From the human T2T-CHM13v2.0 reference genome, Homo sapiens, in NCBI RefSeq assembly GCF_009914755.1, contig NC_060927.1: a stretch of DNA of 64,000 nt; one strand, 5' to 3'. Shown piece after piece: positions 13,801 to 30,599 of the stretch (within the stretch, counting starts at the first letter, position 1; each line of letters starts with the position of its first letter). The notes under the pieces are model-generated. The model was not told the origin of the DNA. It searched no databases and saw nothing but the letters and a program-made list of their open reading frames with translations. The position numbers and the translations under genes are program-made.

Positions 13801-15233
13801 GATGGGGTGAGGGTGGGGAGGAGTGGCACAGAGATGCTGCCCTAGTCACAGCTCCAGGTTGCACAGTCCCATGGCCCCGATTCCAAAATTGGAGGCGCTT
13901 CAGGTTGAAAGCACCTCCTCTCTGCAAAGCCCCAGGGAGACAAGAGGCTAGCAGTCTCTCTGCTCTTCCTGAGGATTAATTCATTCTGAATGTTTTCTTC
14001 TCAAGAATGAATTGAGATAACCAAAATTAGGAATTGGAATTTGAAAGGGGAGACTTCAGGGCACTTCCTTAAAAGGAAGGGAAGGTGAAGTGGATGGAAG
14101 ATACCAGGAGTGACAGGGAGTGGGACAGTGCAAAGAATTTGAACAACCTCTAGGAAAATCTATTTTTTCTATGATCTCACCTGGCACTGGATATTCTCTG
14201 TGCTGTTTCCTCACCTGTAAAATGGAGGCAGCAATGTCATCTCACAGGACTGTGGTGAGAATTAAATCATAACCCCAAGCCCTTGAAGTACAGCATGGAC
14301 TTAGTAAATGTTAGCACCCATCCTTCATGCTTGGCCTCCACCAGCCCCTGTGGAATAAAGGATATTATGAATTGCCCTGGCTCACCTTGGGGACCAAGAG
14401 AGAGAAGTATGCGGAAGTCCTTGGCAACCTGCACACACAGGTATACTTATCATTGAGATGATGGCGATTAATGACAACAATTTTCGTGAAATGTCACCCG
14501 AAGGGCCAGTAGGCTTGTAAGTAGCAGGGACAGCTGAGATCCCCATAGCAACTGTCTTCCCTATGCAACAAATACGGGTGGGAAACAGTGCAACTGTCTA
14601 GAGAGAGCTTGGGCGGTGGTCAGAAGGACTTGGAATTGAATCTTGACTCTGCCACCATGAGCTGCGTGACCTTATGAAACTACTTAATGTCTCTGTGTCT
14701 TATTTCTTCATCTGAACAACATAGATAATGCCATCTAGCTCACAGGCTGTCACCAGCAAGAGACCTAGTATGTAGAACTTCCAGTGCACAGCAGGCAGAA
14801 TAGCATCGTGTAGGGTCCAGGTTAAGGAGTGACTTAAGTTCATGGGGCCTCAGGGTCCTCAGCTGTGAAATGTGGATGTTAATAGTAGCTACTTCCTAGA
14901 GTTTGTTGATTAAACACATCATGTAAGGAAAGCACATAGAACAATGCCCAACAGTCATTGTTAGTTATCAAAGTAGGTGCTCCAGATGGCTCTTCCCTCA
15001 TCGCAGGCCTCTTCTGACTCCCACCTGCGACATTTACCCATGGGAAGGAGGCTCCTTTAGTACAGGAGTTTCCTGGAATCCAGAGAGGGTTTTTGTCCCA
15101 TCTCATGGTCCCTGTAGGGAGCAGTATGAAAATTGTTAGAGAGGTAAGGCTGAACTCAGAATCTTCTGGTAGCCTTGACAAAGCCAGTGGTGCTTTTATG
15201 AATCTTAGGCCTTTCCCTCCTGTAGGTGGAAGG

Positions 15234-15606
15234 GATATTAGCCCGGGTTCTCTAGAGAAACAGAACCAACAGGGTGTGTATATATACATCTGAGAGAGAG
15301 AGAGAAAGAGAGAGAGAAAGTGGCGTAGGCTGGCAGGCTGGAGATCCAGGAAAGAGTCTGAGTCCAAAGGCAGCCTGCTGGGAGAATTCCTTCTTGCTCA
15401 AGGGAGGTTAGTTTTTGTTCTATTCAAACCTCCAGCTCATTAGATGAGGCCCACCCATGTTATGGAGGGTAATTTACTCAAGGTCCGCTGATTTAAATGT
15501 TAATCTCATCACAAAAACACCTTCACAGAAACACCCAGAATAATATTTGACCAAATATCCGGGCACTATGGCCCAGCCAAATTGACACATAAAATTAGCT
15601 ATTGCA
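15234..15606 (-). mobile_element. MLT2 LTR
   Basis: gggttctctagagaaacagaacc...ttgacacataaaatta. Confidence 0.85.
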
Positions 15607-17227
15607 TCTTCCTCACACTTCTTTTTTTTTCTTTAATTAAAAAAATTGAAGTTGATGCATGGTATTTGTATCTATTTGTGGGGTATACAGGCAATTTTGT
15701 TACATGCGTACTATGTGTAATGGGCAAGTCAGGGTATTTAGGATATCTCCATCACCTCAAGTATTTATCATTTCTATGTGTTGGAAAATTTCAAATCCTC
15801 TCTTCTAGTTATTTTGAAATATACAATACATTGTTGCTAACTATAGTCACCCTACTCTGCTACTGAAGAGTGGAACTTATCCCTTCTATCTAACCCTATG
15901 CTTATATCCATTAGCCAACCTTTCTTCATTCCCACCCTCCCCAATGCACATAGCTTTCCCAGCCTCTGGGATCTATCATTCTACTCTCTTATCTTCATGA
16001 GATCAATCTTTTTAGCTCCTACATGTGAGTAAGAACATATGATATTTGTCTTTTTGTGCCTGGCTCATTTCACTTAACATAATGACCATCAGTTCCATCC
16101 ATGTTGCTGCAAATGACAGAATTTCATCCTTTTTTTATGGCCTAATAGGATTCCACAGTGTATATTTATGTATACCACATTTTCTCTATCCTGTCATCCA
16201 TTTGATGGACACTTTGGTTGATTTCATGTATTTGCCATTGTGAGTAGTGATGCAATAAACATGAGGTGCAGGTATCCCTTTCATATACTGATTTCTTTTC
16301 CTTTGGATAAACACCTAGTAGCGTGATTTCCGGATTGTATGGTAGTTCTATTTTTAGCTTTTGAGAAATCTCCATATTGTTTTCCATAGTGGCTGTACTA
16401 ATTTACATTCCCGCCCGCAGTGTATGAGTTCCCTTTTCTCCACATCCTTGCCAGTATCTGTTACTTTTTATATTTATAGTAATAGCCATTCTAACTGGGA
16501 TGAGATGATATCTCATTGTGGTTTTGATTTGCATTTCTCTAATGATTAGTGGTGCTGAGCATTTTTTCATATACCTGTTAGCCATTTGTATGTCTTCTTT
16601 TGAGAAATGTCTGTTCAGATCACATGCCCATTTTCTAATGGGATTATTTGTTTGTTTGTTTTACTGTAGAGTTGCTTCAGTTCCTTGTATATTCTGAATT
16701 TTAGTCCCTTGTCAGATGAATAGTTTGCAAATATTTTCTCCCGTTCAACAGATTATCTCTTCATTCTGTTGCCATTGCTGTGTGGCAGCTTTTTAGTTTA
16801 ACGTAGTCCCATTTGTCTATTTTGGTTTTTGTCACCTGTACTTTTGAGGTCTTAGCCATAAAATCTTTGCCTAGATCAATGTCCTGAAGTGTTTCCCCTA
16901 TGTTTTCTTCATGACTTTTATGATTTCAGGTCTTACATTTAAGTCTTTAATCCATCTTGAGTTGATTTCTGTATACGGTAAGAAATAGAGGCCCAGTTTT
17001 AATCTTCTGCATATGAATATCCAATTTTCCCAGCACCACTTATTATAGAGGGTACCCTTTCCCAAGTGTGCGTTTTTGGTGCCTTTGTCAAAAATCAGTT
17101 GGCTGTAAATATGTGAATCTATTTCTGGGTTCTCTATTCTGTTCCGTTGGCCCATATGTCTGTTTTTATATCAACACTATGCTGATTTAGTTACTATAGC
17201 CTTGTAATATATTTTGAAGTCAGATAG

Positions 17228-17530
<303 letters not shown>

Positions 17531-17661
17531 CCAGCTTTGTTCTTTTTGCTCAGGATTATTTTTGCTATTCAGGCTTTTTAATTTAATTCCATATGAATTT
17601 TAAGATTGTTTTGTCTATTTCTGTGAAAAATGACATTGTATTTTGGTAGGGATTGCATTGA

Positions 17662-18322
<661 letters not shown>

Positions 18323-18484
18323 GGGTAGTATGGTCATTTTAACGATAGTAATTTTTCTGGTCCATGAGCATGGGATGTCTTTCCATGTGTTTGTGTCCTC
18401 TTCAATTTCTTTCTTCGGTGTTTTGTAGGTTTTCTTGTAGAAGTCTTTCACTTCCTTGGTAAATTTATTCCTAGCTATTTTATA

Positions 18485-18887
<403 letters not shown>

Positions 18888-20464
18888 TAGAAATGCTATT
18901 GAGTTTTGTATGTTGATTTTGTATCTTGCAACTTTACTGAATTTATTCATCGGATCTAAGGGTTTTTTTGTGGAGTTTTTAGGTTTTTCTAGGTATAAGA
19001 TAATGTCATCCTCAAAAAGGGACAATTTGACTTTCTCATTTTCGGTTTAGATGCATTTTATTTCTTTCTCTTGACTGATTTCTTTGGCTAGGACTTTCAG
19101 TACTATGTTGAATAGGCATGGTGAAAGTGGGCATCCTTGTCTTGTTCCAGTTCTTAGAGGAAAGGCTTTTATGTTCTCCCCATTCAGCATGATGTTAGCT
19201 GTGGGTTTGTCATATATGGCCTTTATTATATTGAGGTATGCTCCTTCTATGCCTACTTTGTTGAGAGTTTTTTTCATGAAGTGACGTTGGATTTTATCAA
19301 ATGTTTTCTCTGCATCTGTTGAGATGATCTATGGTTTTTGCTCCTCATTCTGTTGATGTGATGTATCACATTTATTGATTTGTGAATGTTGAACCATACT
19401 TCCACCCTGGGAGAAATCCCACTTGATCATAGTGTATTATCTTTTGATGTGCTGTTAGATTCAGTTTGCTAATATTTTCCTGAGGATTTTTGCATTATGT
19501 TCATCAGGGATATTGGCTTGTAATTCTCTTTTTGTGTTGCATCCTTTCCTGGTTTTGGTATCAGGGTAATGCTGGCCTTGTAGTATGAGTTAAGGAGGAA
19601 TCTCTCCTTTTCAATTTTTTGGGAATAATTTGAGAAAAATTGGTATTAGTTCTTCTTTGTAAGTTTGGCAGAATTCAGCAGTGAAGCCATCTGGTCCTGG
19701 GCTTTTATTTTTTGGAGACTTTTCATTACTGATTCAATCTCATTCCTTGTTATTGGTCTGTTCAGATTTTCTATTCCTTTCTGATTCAACCTTGTTGGGT
19801 TGTATGTGTCCAGAAATTTATAAATTTCTCCTAGGTTTTCTAGTTTATCAATGTATAGTTGTTCATGATAGTTTCTGATGATCTTTTGTATTTTAATGGT
19901 ATCTGTTGCAATGGCTCCATTTTCATTTGTGATTTTATTTATTTAGGCCTTCTTTCTTTTTTCTTGGTTAATCTAGCTAGCAGTTTATCAGTTTTGTTTA
20001 TCTTTTTAAAGAAGCAATTTCTTGTTTTATTGATCCTTTGTATTATTTTATTAGTCTCTATTTAATTTAGTTTTTTCTCTGATCTTTATTTTTTTTCTTC
20101 TACTAATTTTGGGTTTGGGTTGTTCTTGCTTTTCTAGTTCTTTGAGGTACATTGTTAGATTATTTATTTGAAATCTTTCTACTTTTTTGATGTAGGAGTT
20201 TTTTGCTATAAACTTCTCTCTTAACACTGCCTTTGCTATATTCCATAAGTTTTGGTATGTTGTGTTTTAACATTCATTTGTTTCAAGAAAATTTGAATTT
20301 CCTCCTTAAGTTCTTCCTTGATCCAATGATCATTCAGGAGTATGCTGTTTAATTTTCATGTGTTTGTACAGTTTCTAAAGTTCCCGTCATTGTTGGTTTC
20401 TAGTTTTATTCCATTGTGATCTGAGAAAATGCTTGATATGATTTTGATTTTTAAAATTTTTTTG

Positions 20465-20951
<487 letters not shown>

Positions 20952-21279
20952 CTAACACGGAGAATTGAGTATTAAAATCTCCAGTTATTATTGTATTGGA
21001 GCATATGTCTTTCTTTAGATCTAATAATATTTGCTTTATGTAACTGGGTGCTCTGGTGTTTGGTACACATCCATTTAGAATTATTATATCCTCTTATTGA
21101 AATGATTCCTTTAGCATTATATACTGACTTTCTTTGTCTCTTTTTATTGTTTTCGACTTTAAGACTGTTTTATCTGATATAAGTATAGCTAATCCTGCTT
21201 GGTTTTGGTTTCTGTTTGAATAGGTGTCTTCTTGTATACCTTTACTTTCACTCTATATGTGTCTTTACAGGGCAGATGA

Positions 21280-21636
<357 letters not shown>

Positions 21637-21869
21637 CAGTCTGTATCTTTTAAGTGGAAAGTTTAACTTGTTTACATTCAAAGTTATAGTGATGTGTGAG
21701 GGCTTATACCTGTCATTTTATTAATTGATTTCTGCTTGTTACATATATCCTTTGTTCTTCCCTTTATCTCTTATTGCTTGTCATTGTACTTTTTTTGTGG
21801 TAACATTTTAGTCTTCTCCTTATATGTGTGTTTGCTCTACCAATGGTTTTATACTTTTGTGTGTTTTCC

Positions 21870-22156
21870 TTTTTTTTTTTTTTTGAGATGGAGTCTTGTT
21901 CTGTTGTCCAGGCTGGAGCGCGATCTCGGCTCACTGCAAGCTCCGCCTACCGGGTTCATGCCATTCTCCTCCCTCAACCTCCTGAGTAGCTGGGACTACA
22001 GGCGCCCACCACCACGCCTGGCTAATTTTTTGATTTTTAGTAGAAATGGGGTTTCACTGTGTTAGTCAGGATGGTCTTGATCTCCTGACCTTGTGATCCG
22101 CCTGACTTGGCCTCTGAAAGTGCTGGGATTACAGGTGTAAGCCACTGTTCCCAGCC
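21870..22156 (-). mobile_element. AluY/Sc-like with a small deletion
   Basis: TSD CTTTTGTGTG(T/C)TTTC. Confidence 0.92.
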
Positions 22157-25100
22157 TCTTTTGTGTGCTTTCATATGGTAGGTATCATTCTTTTACTTCC
22201 AGGTGTAGGACTTCCTTAAGCATTTCTTATAGGGTCTGTCCAGTGGTGATGAATTCTCTGAGATTTTGCCTGTCTGGGAAATACTTTATTTCTCCTTCAT
22301 TTATGAAGGATAACTTAGCTGGGTACAGTATCTCTGCCTGACAGGATTTTTTTCCCCCAGCACTCTGAATATATCATTACAGTATCTCCTGGCCTATAAG
22401 GTTTCTGCTGAGACATTATTGTTAGTCTGATGGGGGTTCCCTTTTAAGGGACTAGATGCTTTTCTCTGGCTGTTTTTAGAATTCTCTCTTTGTCTTTGAC
22501 TTTTGACAGTTTGACTATAATGTGCCATGGAGAAGACCTTTTTGAATTTTATCTATGTGGGGATCTCTGAGCTTCCTGTAACAGGATGCTTAAAATCTCT
22601 TGCTACACTTGAAAATATTTCAGCTATTATTTTTCTAAATAGAGTTTCTTCTGAGACACTGAATTTTCAGTGTCTCAGCAAACAAAGAGTTGGTCAAAGA
22701 AGACAAGTAGTTGATCATTTTATGGTGTCCCATATGTCACATAGGCTTTGTTAATTCTTTTAAATTCTTTTTTCTTTATTTTTGTTTGACTGGGTTATTT
22801 CAAAAGACTTGCCTTCAAGTTCTAAAATTCTTTCTTCTGCTTGACCTAGTCTATTGTTGAAGCTTTTGAATATACTTATTCATTCAATGAATTCTTCAGT
22901 TCTAGGGTTTCTGTCTGGTTCTTTTTTTAAAAAATATGTATATCTATCTCTTTAGTAAATTTCTCATTTATCTCCTGAATTATTTTTTTCTGATTTATTT
23001 GTATTATTTATGTGTTCTCTGGTATCTCGCTGAGCTTCTTTAGCATCATTATTTTGAATTCTTTTCCCGTTATTTCAAAGATTTTTTTTTCACTGGAATC
23101 TGTTGCTGGAGAATTATTATGTTACTATGTTACTATGGAGATGTCATATCTTCTTTCTTTTTCATGTGTCTTGTGCTCTTACATTGATATCTGCACATTT
23201 GATGTAACAATTACTTCTTCCAGTTTTCTGGGTTTGCTTTTGTAGTGGAAGACTTTTTCCTAAAAACGTATCTATGGTGTTGATTGGATAGGCCACTTTG
23301 GCTTTTATTCTGTTTGTATGCAGTAGAGTAGTTTCCAAGTAATTTCTTCAGCTGTAAACAGCATTAGTGTTGTCTGTGATTTCCTCAGTGGCTTATGGTG
23401 AGTTTATTAGTGGAGACTGTGTTGAAGTTTTGTGCACACAGGGACACCAAGTGGGCTAGTCCTTGGGTCCCAGTTGTGGCAGTGGTGGGCCAAGCGTGCC
23501 TGTTCTTGGACCCCAGGGTGGTGTATGCTGACACCAGTGTTAGGGGATCTAGCCAATTCTTGGGCCTCTAGGTGCCTTGCTTAGGTGCTGGCAGTGGCAG
23601 TGGTGGGCTGAGCAGGTAGGTGGGCCCTTGGGCCCCTGGGTAGCAGCTGTGCATGGGCAGTGGCAGTAACAGTGGAGACAGCCCCCTGGATCCTAAGCAT
23701 TTCATGCTGGTGTTAGCAGTGGCTAAAATTGGGTGGTCAAGCCAGTCCTTAGGCCTGTAGGTGGCTTGTGTGGGTGGATGCCAGCTGTGGTGGTAGTGGC
23801 AGGTTGGGTGGGCCCAACTTTGGGCCCCTGGTAGGAGTGCTCAGGTGACAACAGTGGTGGATGAAGCTTGGAAATTCCCAGGCTCCTGGACGGCATGCTC
23901 AGGCCCTGGGTGGCGGGTGGAACCAGACTGTCTGGGCAGGTCCTCAGGCCCTCAAAGGGTATGTGCAGGCACTGGCTGTGGTAGGCAGAGGTGGGATGAT
24001 CTTTGGGCCCCTGGAAGAATGCTTAGGTGGGAATGACAGTGGCTGCACTGAGGTCCTGTTACTGGTGAGAGTGGGGTTGCTTTCAGTAGCAGCAGCCATA
24101 GGCAGCCCCACTGCTGAAGGTAGTGGGGTTGCTGCCAGTGGCTCATGTTTTAGCCCTGGCAGCAGCAGCCAGCAGCAGTGGAGGCTGCAGGTGGGGGATA
24201 TCAGTGAGACTCCAGGGATGTGGAGATGCAGGGGCTGTTGGGCTTCTGGGCACATGCAGTCTGGTGGGAGCTGGGTGCTCCAAATGGTGCCATGCTGTAG
24301 CTGTTTAGGACAGCTAAGGGGGTGTGGGACCCAGTGTGAGCTCCCTTTCTGGAGCAATATCATTGTGCAGTCTCCAGGCAGCCCATTTCAGTTAGTCTCG
24401 GGGCCGGCAGGAGTTGAGAGTCTCTCCTGTGGCTAAGGTTGCAAGAGTCGAAGGTGGGAATGCAGACTACTGGGGATCCCTCACTTACCCTTTCCCCATA
24501 TTGCGGATCCTCTCCCAGCTTCCAGCCTATCCTGCTTCCCTCTCCTTCCTCGCCTCAGGTGTTTTCTGTCACTTCTTGTTGAATTCCCGTGTTCTGTCTT
24601 AGATGATTTATTGGAAGCATGATTATCTACTTGCTGTGTTGGTTCCTCTCTGTGGAGTAGGCGGGTATCAGATGTCCTCAGTCAGCCATCTTGAGGCCCC
24701 TCCTTCTTTGTTAAATCTTATGGATTCAAACTGAGGTTTTGCGAGAAACAGAAACAGCTTTAGCTTCCCACGGGCTCAGAACAGACCCTAGGACCCTGTA
24801 AGGCTCACCTACCTCCTTTTAGATAACTTAGTGCCAGCTTAGCTATCAGTGAGTACAACTAGAGATGAGGAAGCAGGCCCAGAGATGGGGCCTCACTTAC
24901 CCCAGGTCACACAGCAGAGCCAACCCTGTAGCCTAGGGCTTTTGACCAGGTCCCTGCTCTCTCGTCTCAGGGTGATTGCTAGCTCCACACTCACACCGCC
25001 CAAATGCTGAGGAGATGAACCCTGATGTAGGCCGAGGCCTCTGGGTGCTCACTGTCCCTGTCTCTGAAAGGTCAGCTGTTCCTGAAAGGAACCCTTCCAG

Positions 25101-27087
25101 CCTTCTATTTCCAGCACAGTCTTTTCCTCCACATTGATTGCCTTCTGTTGAGCAGACCAGATTGAGGAGATCGATGACATTAATTTGCACTGAGAAGAAG
25201 TTGGTGATTTTCCTCCTTCAGCTGTGACAAGGCTGCCTGAGGCTTTTGGTCAGAAAAAGATGCCAGCTTTAAAAAATCTCTGCAGAAGTTTTCTCAGAAG
25301 AATCGCAGAATCTTGGAGCAGGAAGAAGCTTCCAGAAGACTTAATTTTATCCAATTTCTTCACGGCGGATGAAGGCACACGGAGCCCACAGTATGGAAAG
25401 AGTGTGCCTCAGGAAACAGAGCTGAACACTTGCTCTTTTCATGTTTTCCTCTTTTATCTGGACCTTGGCCCCCCGGGTAGGAGGCACCTGGGGCTGGCTG
25501 AGGCACAGGATGAGTGGAGAGGAAGGCTCTGTGGGAGCCACTCCCATAGCCCAGGTGAGATGTGATGGGGTCTGGGCTCAGGCAGTTGTTGGATGGATGG
25601 AGAGGATGAAGGTTAAACAAAGATAATTGTGAGACAGAATCGATGGGGTATAGTGACTGGTTACATGTGTGAGTTGGAGGAGGGATGGAGTTCGGGGCTT
25701 CTGTTTTGGTTGCTGGCTGAATGGCTATTGCTGCCCAGGACCAGGAAAGTGTAAGAGGTGGTGAGCAAGGAAGTGGTGGCATTTCAGAGGGGTGAGCAAT
25801 GAGCTTTGGATGTGTTATGGGACGTCCAGAGGAGGCTGCTAGGTAGTGAGATGTAGGCCTGAAGCTCAGAGCACAGGACTGAGCAGGAGATGTAGCATTT
25901 CTCCAACATGTTCTGGACGCTGAACCTGTGGGAAGGAGGATTTGCAGGGGCGAGTTCACGGCCAGGTAAAGCGGAGTCCGAGTTGATTCCCGGGCCATGC
26001 TCTTTCCACTAAACCGTATGCCCAAGGGAAGATAACAAGGATCACAGGCCAATTCCCAGAGAAGGTTTATGTCCCCAGTTTTCACAGTCATTTCCTTCTT
26101 TGACTAGCATTGCGTATATTGGTAGATATGACACTGTCCCTCCCTGCTGACACTGATGAGCATGGGTTCTTTGGAGCAGTGAGTCTGATGTTTTCTGGTC
26201 TTGGTAAAATGATTCCTTGGAGTTGATGAGAGGGCTTGGACGAAGTGGGTACAGACATGGCTGGCACCTCAATCTCCCACCATTCCAGGGACTCCAGGCC
26301 GGGCAAAGCGTCTCCAGATTTCTCTGACCCCCTTCCCACCCAGGCAGGCCCAGGTCCACAAAGAGGGGATAGAGCTATCCACTGAAGGGCTAAGTGGCTT
26401 TCTCTGGTGTCCTGAATACAGTATTAAGAACCAGGCATTAAGAACCATTGTCAGTAATTTGTCACCTTGATTTCTCTCCAGCTGTTTGGTAATTCATGTT
26501 AAGTCCCAAGTGAGTATGTGTGCTGGTTCCTGGCAGGATTCAAAGAATAGAGGTCAAAAGAAAATAAAAGCCTTTCTGGGATTTCTTAGATCAGGTGGCT
26601 TAACCTTTTGAAAAAGATTTTTCAATAACTCACTCCAGATTTAGCAGAGATTCCGTTCGGAAGGATTCTGGCGAAACAGCGTGAGTTGACAACTCTGCTT
26701 CTGAATAGTACATTATTTATTCAGTGCCAGCCACGAGCCCGGCAGGTGATGAGCTAAACTAAACTTGCTGGCACACACACGCAGAACTCAGGAACAGCAG
26801 AGTGATGGCAGCCTCATCTCAAAGTGGCTCCTTCAAGGAGGAGGACTAAGAGTGTTAAGGTGAGGATCTCGCCCTGCTCTGAATGGGGAGGGGAACTTCT
26901 GTGTGCGCCCCTGTGTGCCGGCTTTCTATACTCAATAACATTTGTTCTCCACCACAACCCACAAGGCATGTGTCACTCTCAGGGACCCTGAGGGTGGTAG
27001 TGACTTACCTAAAGGCTTGAACCCAAGTGTCCAATTCAGAATCCAGAGCTCTTTTCAATAATGCATTAGAAGAGGCTGCTGGTTGGG

Positions 27088-27655
27088 GTGGTAACTAGTC
27101 TCCAAGATGGCACCAATGAACTGGTTTTAGCATTCCCACCCTTGTACCGTTGCCTCTCACATTGAATCTGAGCTGACCCCGTGTAGCCAGATAAATGTGG
27201 CTGAAGTGATGCTGTGTGACTTCCGAAGCCAGGTCATAAGAAGCCTTGCAGCTTCTTGATTCTCAGAATGCTTGCTCTGGAAGAAGCCAGCTGCCGTGTA
27301 AGAAATCAGATGTCTCTGAGACCACCATGCTGTGAGAGGCCACGACTGCCACATGCAGAGGCTACATGGAGAGAGAGAGAGAGAGGAGAGGGACAGAGAG
27401 AGAGATGCTCAGCCATCCCCGAGCCAAGGCATAAACACATGAGTGAGGAAGCCAGGTTGGATGTTCCCACCCCCTCCGGTCCTCAGATGACACCAGCCTC
27501 AGCTGCCATCTGACTGCAACCAGAAGAGGCACCCAGAAAGACCTGCCCAGCTGAGCCCAGTCAATCCTTAGAACAATGAGAAGTAATAATAAATTTGTGT
27601 TTTAAGTGACTAGGTTTTGAGGTGGTTTGTTTCACAGTGATACAGAGAAAACCAA
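27088..27655 (+). mobile_element. MaLR LTR (MLT1F/H-like)
   Basis: ctccaagatggc; gtgatgctgtgtgacttccga; ctgcccagctgagcccagtcaa. Confidence 0.8.
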
Positions 27656-27714
27656 GTGAAGCAATTGGATTTCAGGACCATTTTGTCTATAATAGTCTTT
27701 ATGACCTATATTCT

Positions 27715-27960
27715 TGTCCATTTATGATATATCAGACACCATACTAAGCATTCTACATTTATTACTCTATTTGATTTTTCCCAAGAATTCTATGAGACAG
27801 CACCTGTCGTTGCTAATTACACCTGCTTTACGTATAGGAAAAGCTCAGAGACGTTAAGTAATGAAGCCAAGGTTACACAGCAAGTGAGTGGAAAGGCCAG
27901 GATTTAAACCCCAACAACCTAACCTTAGACCTTATGCCATTATGCAGTGCTCTGTACTGT
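27715..27960 (-). mobile_element. MIR
   Basis: gctcagaga..ttaagtaa..ccaaggttacacagc core. Confidence 0.75.
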
Positions 27961-28257
27961 GACTGGAGGCAGGTGACCCAGAGGACTAAACCCCTGATGG
28001 ACAGACTCAGATCTGGGGGATTTGCCTCAGCAAGTTTTATTTTGCCCAGAGAGCTTGCTCTGGGAGGTTTGAAGCAGCTGTCTGGGCTCATGCTGAGGCT
28101 TCTGGGCACCAGCAGCCAGGGCTTTGTGAACTCATTCACATGGAGAAACAAATGGTTCTGACCTTTTCTTTTAAAATGTTTTTCAAGGGAAGTCAGTGCT
28201 GGCAGCAGGGTCTAGATTGATGGCATCAGATGCTGAGAAGTGGAGCCTCTGCCTCAC

Positions 28258-28329
28258 GTCGCTTCAATTGGTACTTTGGGTCGGATCAGCCAGAAATACA
28301 GCAGGGCTGGGCGATGTCCCGCTGATTGC
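28258..28329 (-). pseudogene. Putative 72-nt exon encoding QSAGHRPALLYFWLIRPKVPIEA
   Basis: cctgcatag|...|gtgagg, open in phase 2-2, with an RGS-like LLxFWL motif. Confidence 0.5.
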
Positions 28330-29049
28330 CTATGCAGGACACATTCCCCTCCCTTCTCTCCTCACTTTTATTGCTTTTCTAGTCTGCCTCTCTAGTCACG
28401 GGGGCAGCTTTAGATTTTCTGTCCTCAGAGCAAAAGGGATGGAAAAAGGAGGATACATGTAATTAGAGGCACGGATGGGGGCGGGAGGCAAGAGGAGGGT
28501 GGAGGGCCGTGTCTCCGAGTGGAGACACAGGAGCCACCAGGCACCGATGGCTCCCTCTCCGTGCATGCGGGGCTCTGTGGAGGCGCCAGGGCAGACCCAG
28601 GCAGCCCCTGCTCCTCTGTGGCACGTCCCTTCGCAGGATGTTCGGGGACAGGATTCTAAGCATGAGGGGCTGCAGCTCCAACTCACGATGGCAGCTCTGG
28701 TCCTGGGTGTAAGTATGGAAAAGTGCTGATCACCAGCCTGGCCTCTGGGTCTCTCTTCTCTCTTTCCTTCCCCCAGGCCTCTCCTTGGTGTCTGCTGTCC
28801 ACGAGCACAGCCCTGTCTTCAGAGCCAGGGGATCAGGAAACAGCATGGGTCATGTTGAGAGACACAAGCTCACCTCTGCCCACAGGACGAAACAGCCTGG
28901 CGGGCACAGGCCTCACATCCAACTCCTGGGGGTCCCTAGCCTGCCCTCCCTGACCCTCCATCCTCACCCAGATCCTCCGCTGCTCCCCGGGAGCCCTCGG
29001 CTTGCACAGCTTTCACCTGGGCTGGGAAAGTCTCTCTTCTGCACACTCG

Positions 29050-29530
29050 CTGCCATGTTTGCCAAGCACCAGACCTTTAAGTACCATGTACCATTTTTTT
29101 TTCATATCTGCATACCACATGTACTGTTATTTGCTTGTTAGTTTTCTTTAGAGTGACTCTCTTTATATTAATTGATTTTACAAGTGAAACGAAATGATGA
29201 AAACCAGAATCACTTGCTATAAATAGACGATGCCTGAGTAACGGAATACAATAAAAACAAAATACTATCATTTTAGCTCAATATCGTTGTCTTCCAAAGA
29301 TCCAGGCTTGAGACCTGCCCTGTGTTTACTGAATGGAATATCACCATCTGTTCAAGATGTACCAATGAGACTTTCTTTTTAAAGTACACTAAAGAAACCA
29401 AAGAGAATTGAAAAGGGCAAAAATCTTCTTACTCTGTGATTTAATGCTATTCAACGTTGTGTCTGTATCTACCTCAAATCATTTCTCCTCCCTCCTGTGG
29501 CCCATATTTCATGCTTTGATAATCACAGTT
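29050..29530. mobile_element. Old hAT-Charlie-type DNA transposon fragment
   Basis: gtacca-rich termini and AT-rich interior; family uncertain. Confidence 0.4.
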
Positions 29531-29699
29531 CTGCCCAAATCCTGACTTGTTTTTAAAGACCAGCTAAAAGGTTCTACTGCCTCCAAAAGTCTTCGGAGTC
29601 TTTTCTTACTACTTCTGCCTATATCTTTTTCTTCTTTCTCTAACCCCCGCTTCCAGCCTTTTCCTGGTAATTTTTAATTCAAAGCCAGGCATTGTATAC

Positions 29700-29897
29700 A
29701 TCTGCATCATCAAACATAGTCGTTACAAGTCACGTGTAGCTCTTTGAATTAAAATAAAATAAAATATAAAATTCAGTTCCTTAGTTGCACTAGCCACATT
29801 TGAAATGTTCAACAGCCACATAAGGCTAGTGCTTACTGTCTTGGCCAGTGCAGGTTACAGAGCATTCCCATCATTGCCGAAAATTGATATTTCTGCT
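29700..29897. mobile_element. MER3-like hAT MITE
   Basis: aaattcagttccttagttgcactagccacattt..agccaca..ggctagtg. Confidence 0.75.
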
Positions 29898-30599
29898 GTA
29901 GAGATTATTTGAGGCTGAGGATGATGTTATCTTTCTCCAGAGAGGAAACTCTCATTTTTGACCAACAATTAGATTTTAACTCTTTTATATTGATAGACCC
30001 TGCAGTCCCACTTTTGTCTCTCTAGCCCCATAAGGCTGTCAAATGGTCTGTTCAGTTTCTCAAACTCTAGACTGCTGCGTATGAACGGGCAAATGCCTCA
30101 AGAGCAGCTAAATGTTGGACTTACCTCTTTGTATTTACCTTCTTTCCATGATCTTGGCCCTTCACTTCTTTGATATTGGTCACTTCCCAATGACTTCAAA
30201 TGGATTTTTAAAATACAGTATTCAATTTTGTAGTTATTATTGGTAGACGGGTTGGTCTAATACAAGCTAGTCTGCCATAGCTGGAAGCAGAAGTCATATC
30301 TCTGTCTTAGGCGTATAGCTCAGGAGACAATAGGATAGTTTAGGCAAGAAACAATGAGAGCTTAAACTCTCCAGGGAGGGAGAGAGTAGACAGATTTCAG
30401 AAATTTGAGCAATTGAAGAAAGCGAAGTTAGCTGGAATTGGTGTCAAAGTGGATGTGAGGCGTGAGAGACGGGGACGGGGAGAGGGAGAGGAAGAATTCG
30501 AGGATGACCTTCAGGTCATGGCCATTGGATACCTCGGGTAGCACGGTGGATGTTCCCTTCTAAAGTGATATAAAGAGCGGGGCCTGGGGAGAATTCTCT

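Noticed and set aside
23861-24436. 191-aa ORF and overlapping ORFs
   Set aside because: They lie in the GC-rich L1 5'UTR.
25360-26091. Longest ORF in the track (243 aa, minus)
   Set aside because: Most of it reads through L2/MIR sequence; only its first ~30 codons may belong to a fossil exon.
28688-28953. Plus-strand ATG with good Kozak, gtaagt donor (28709) and a 68-nt mini-intron giving MAALVLG|ASPWCLL...
   Set aside because: The intron is at the lower size limit, the product is unrecognisable and no other plus-strand exons support it. The surrounding region fits the minus-strand fossil better.
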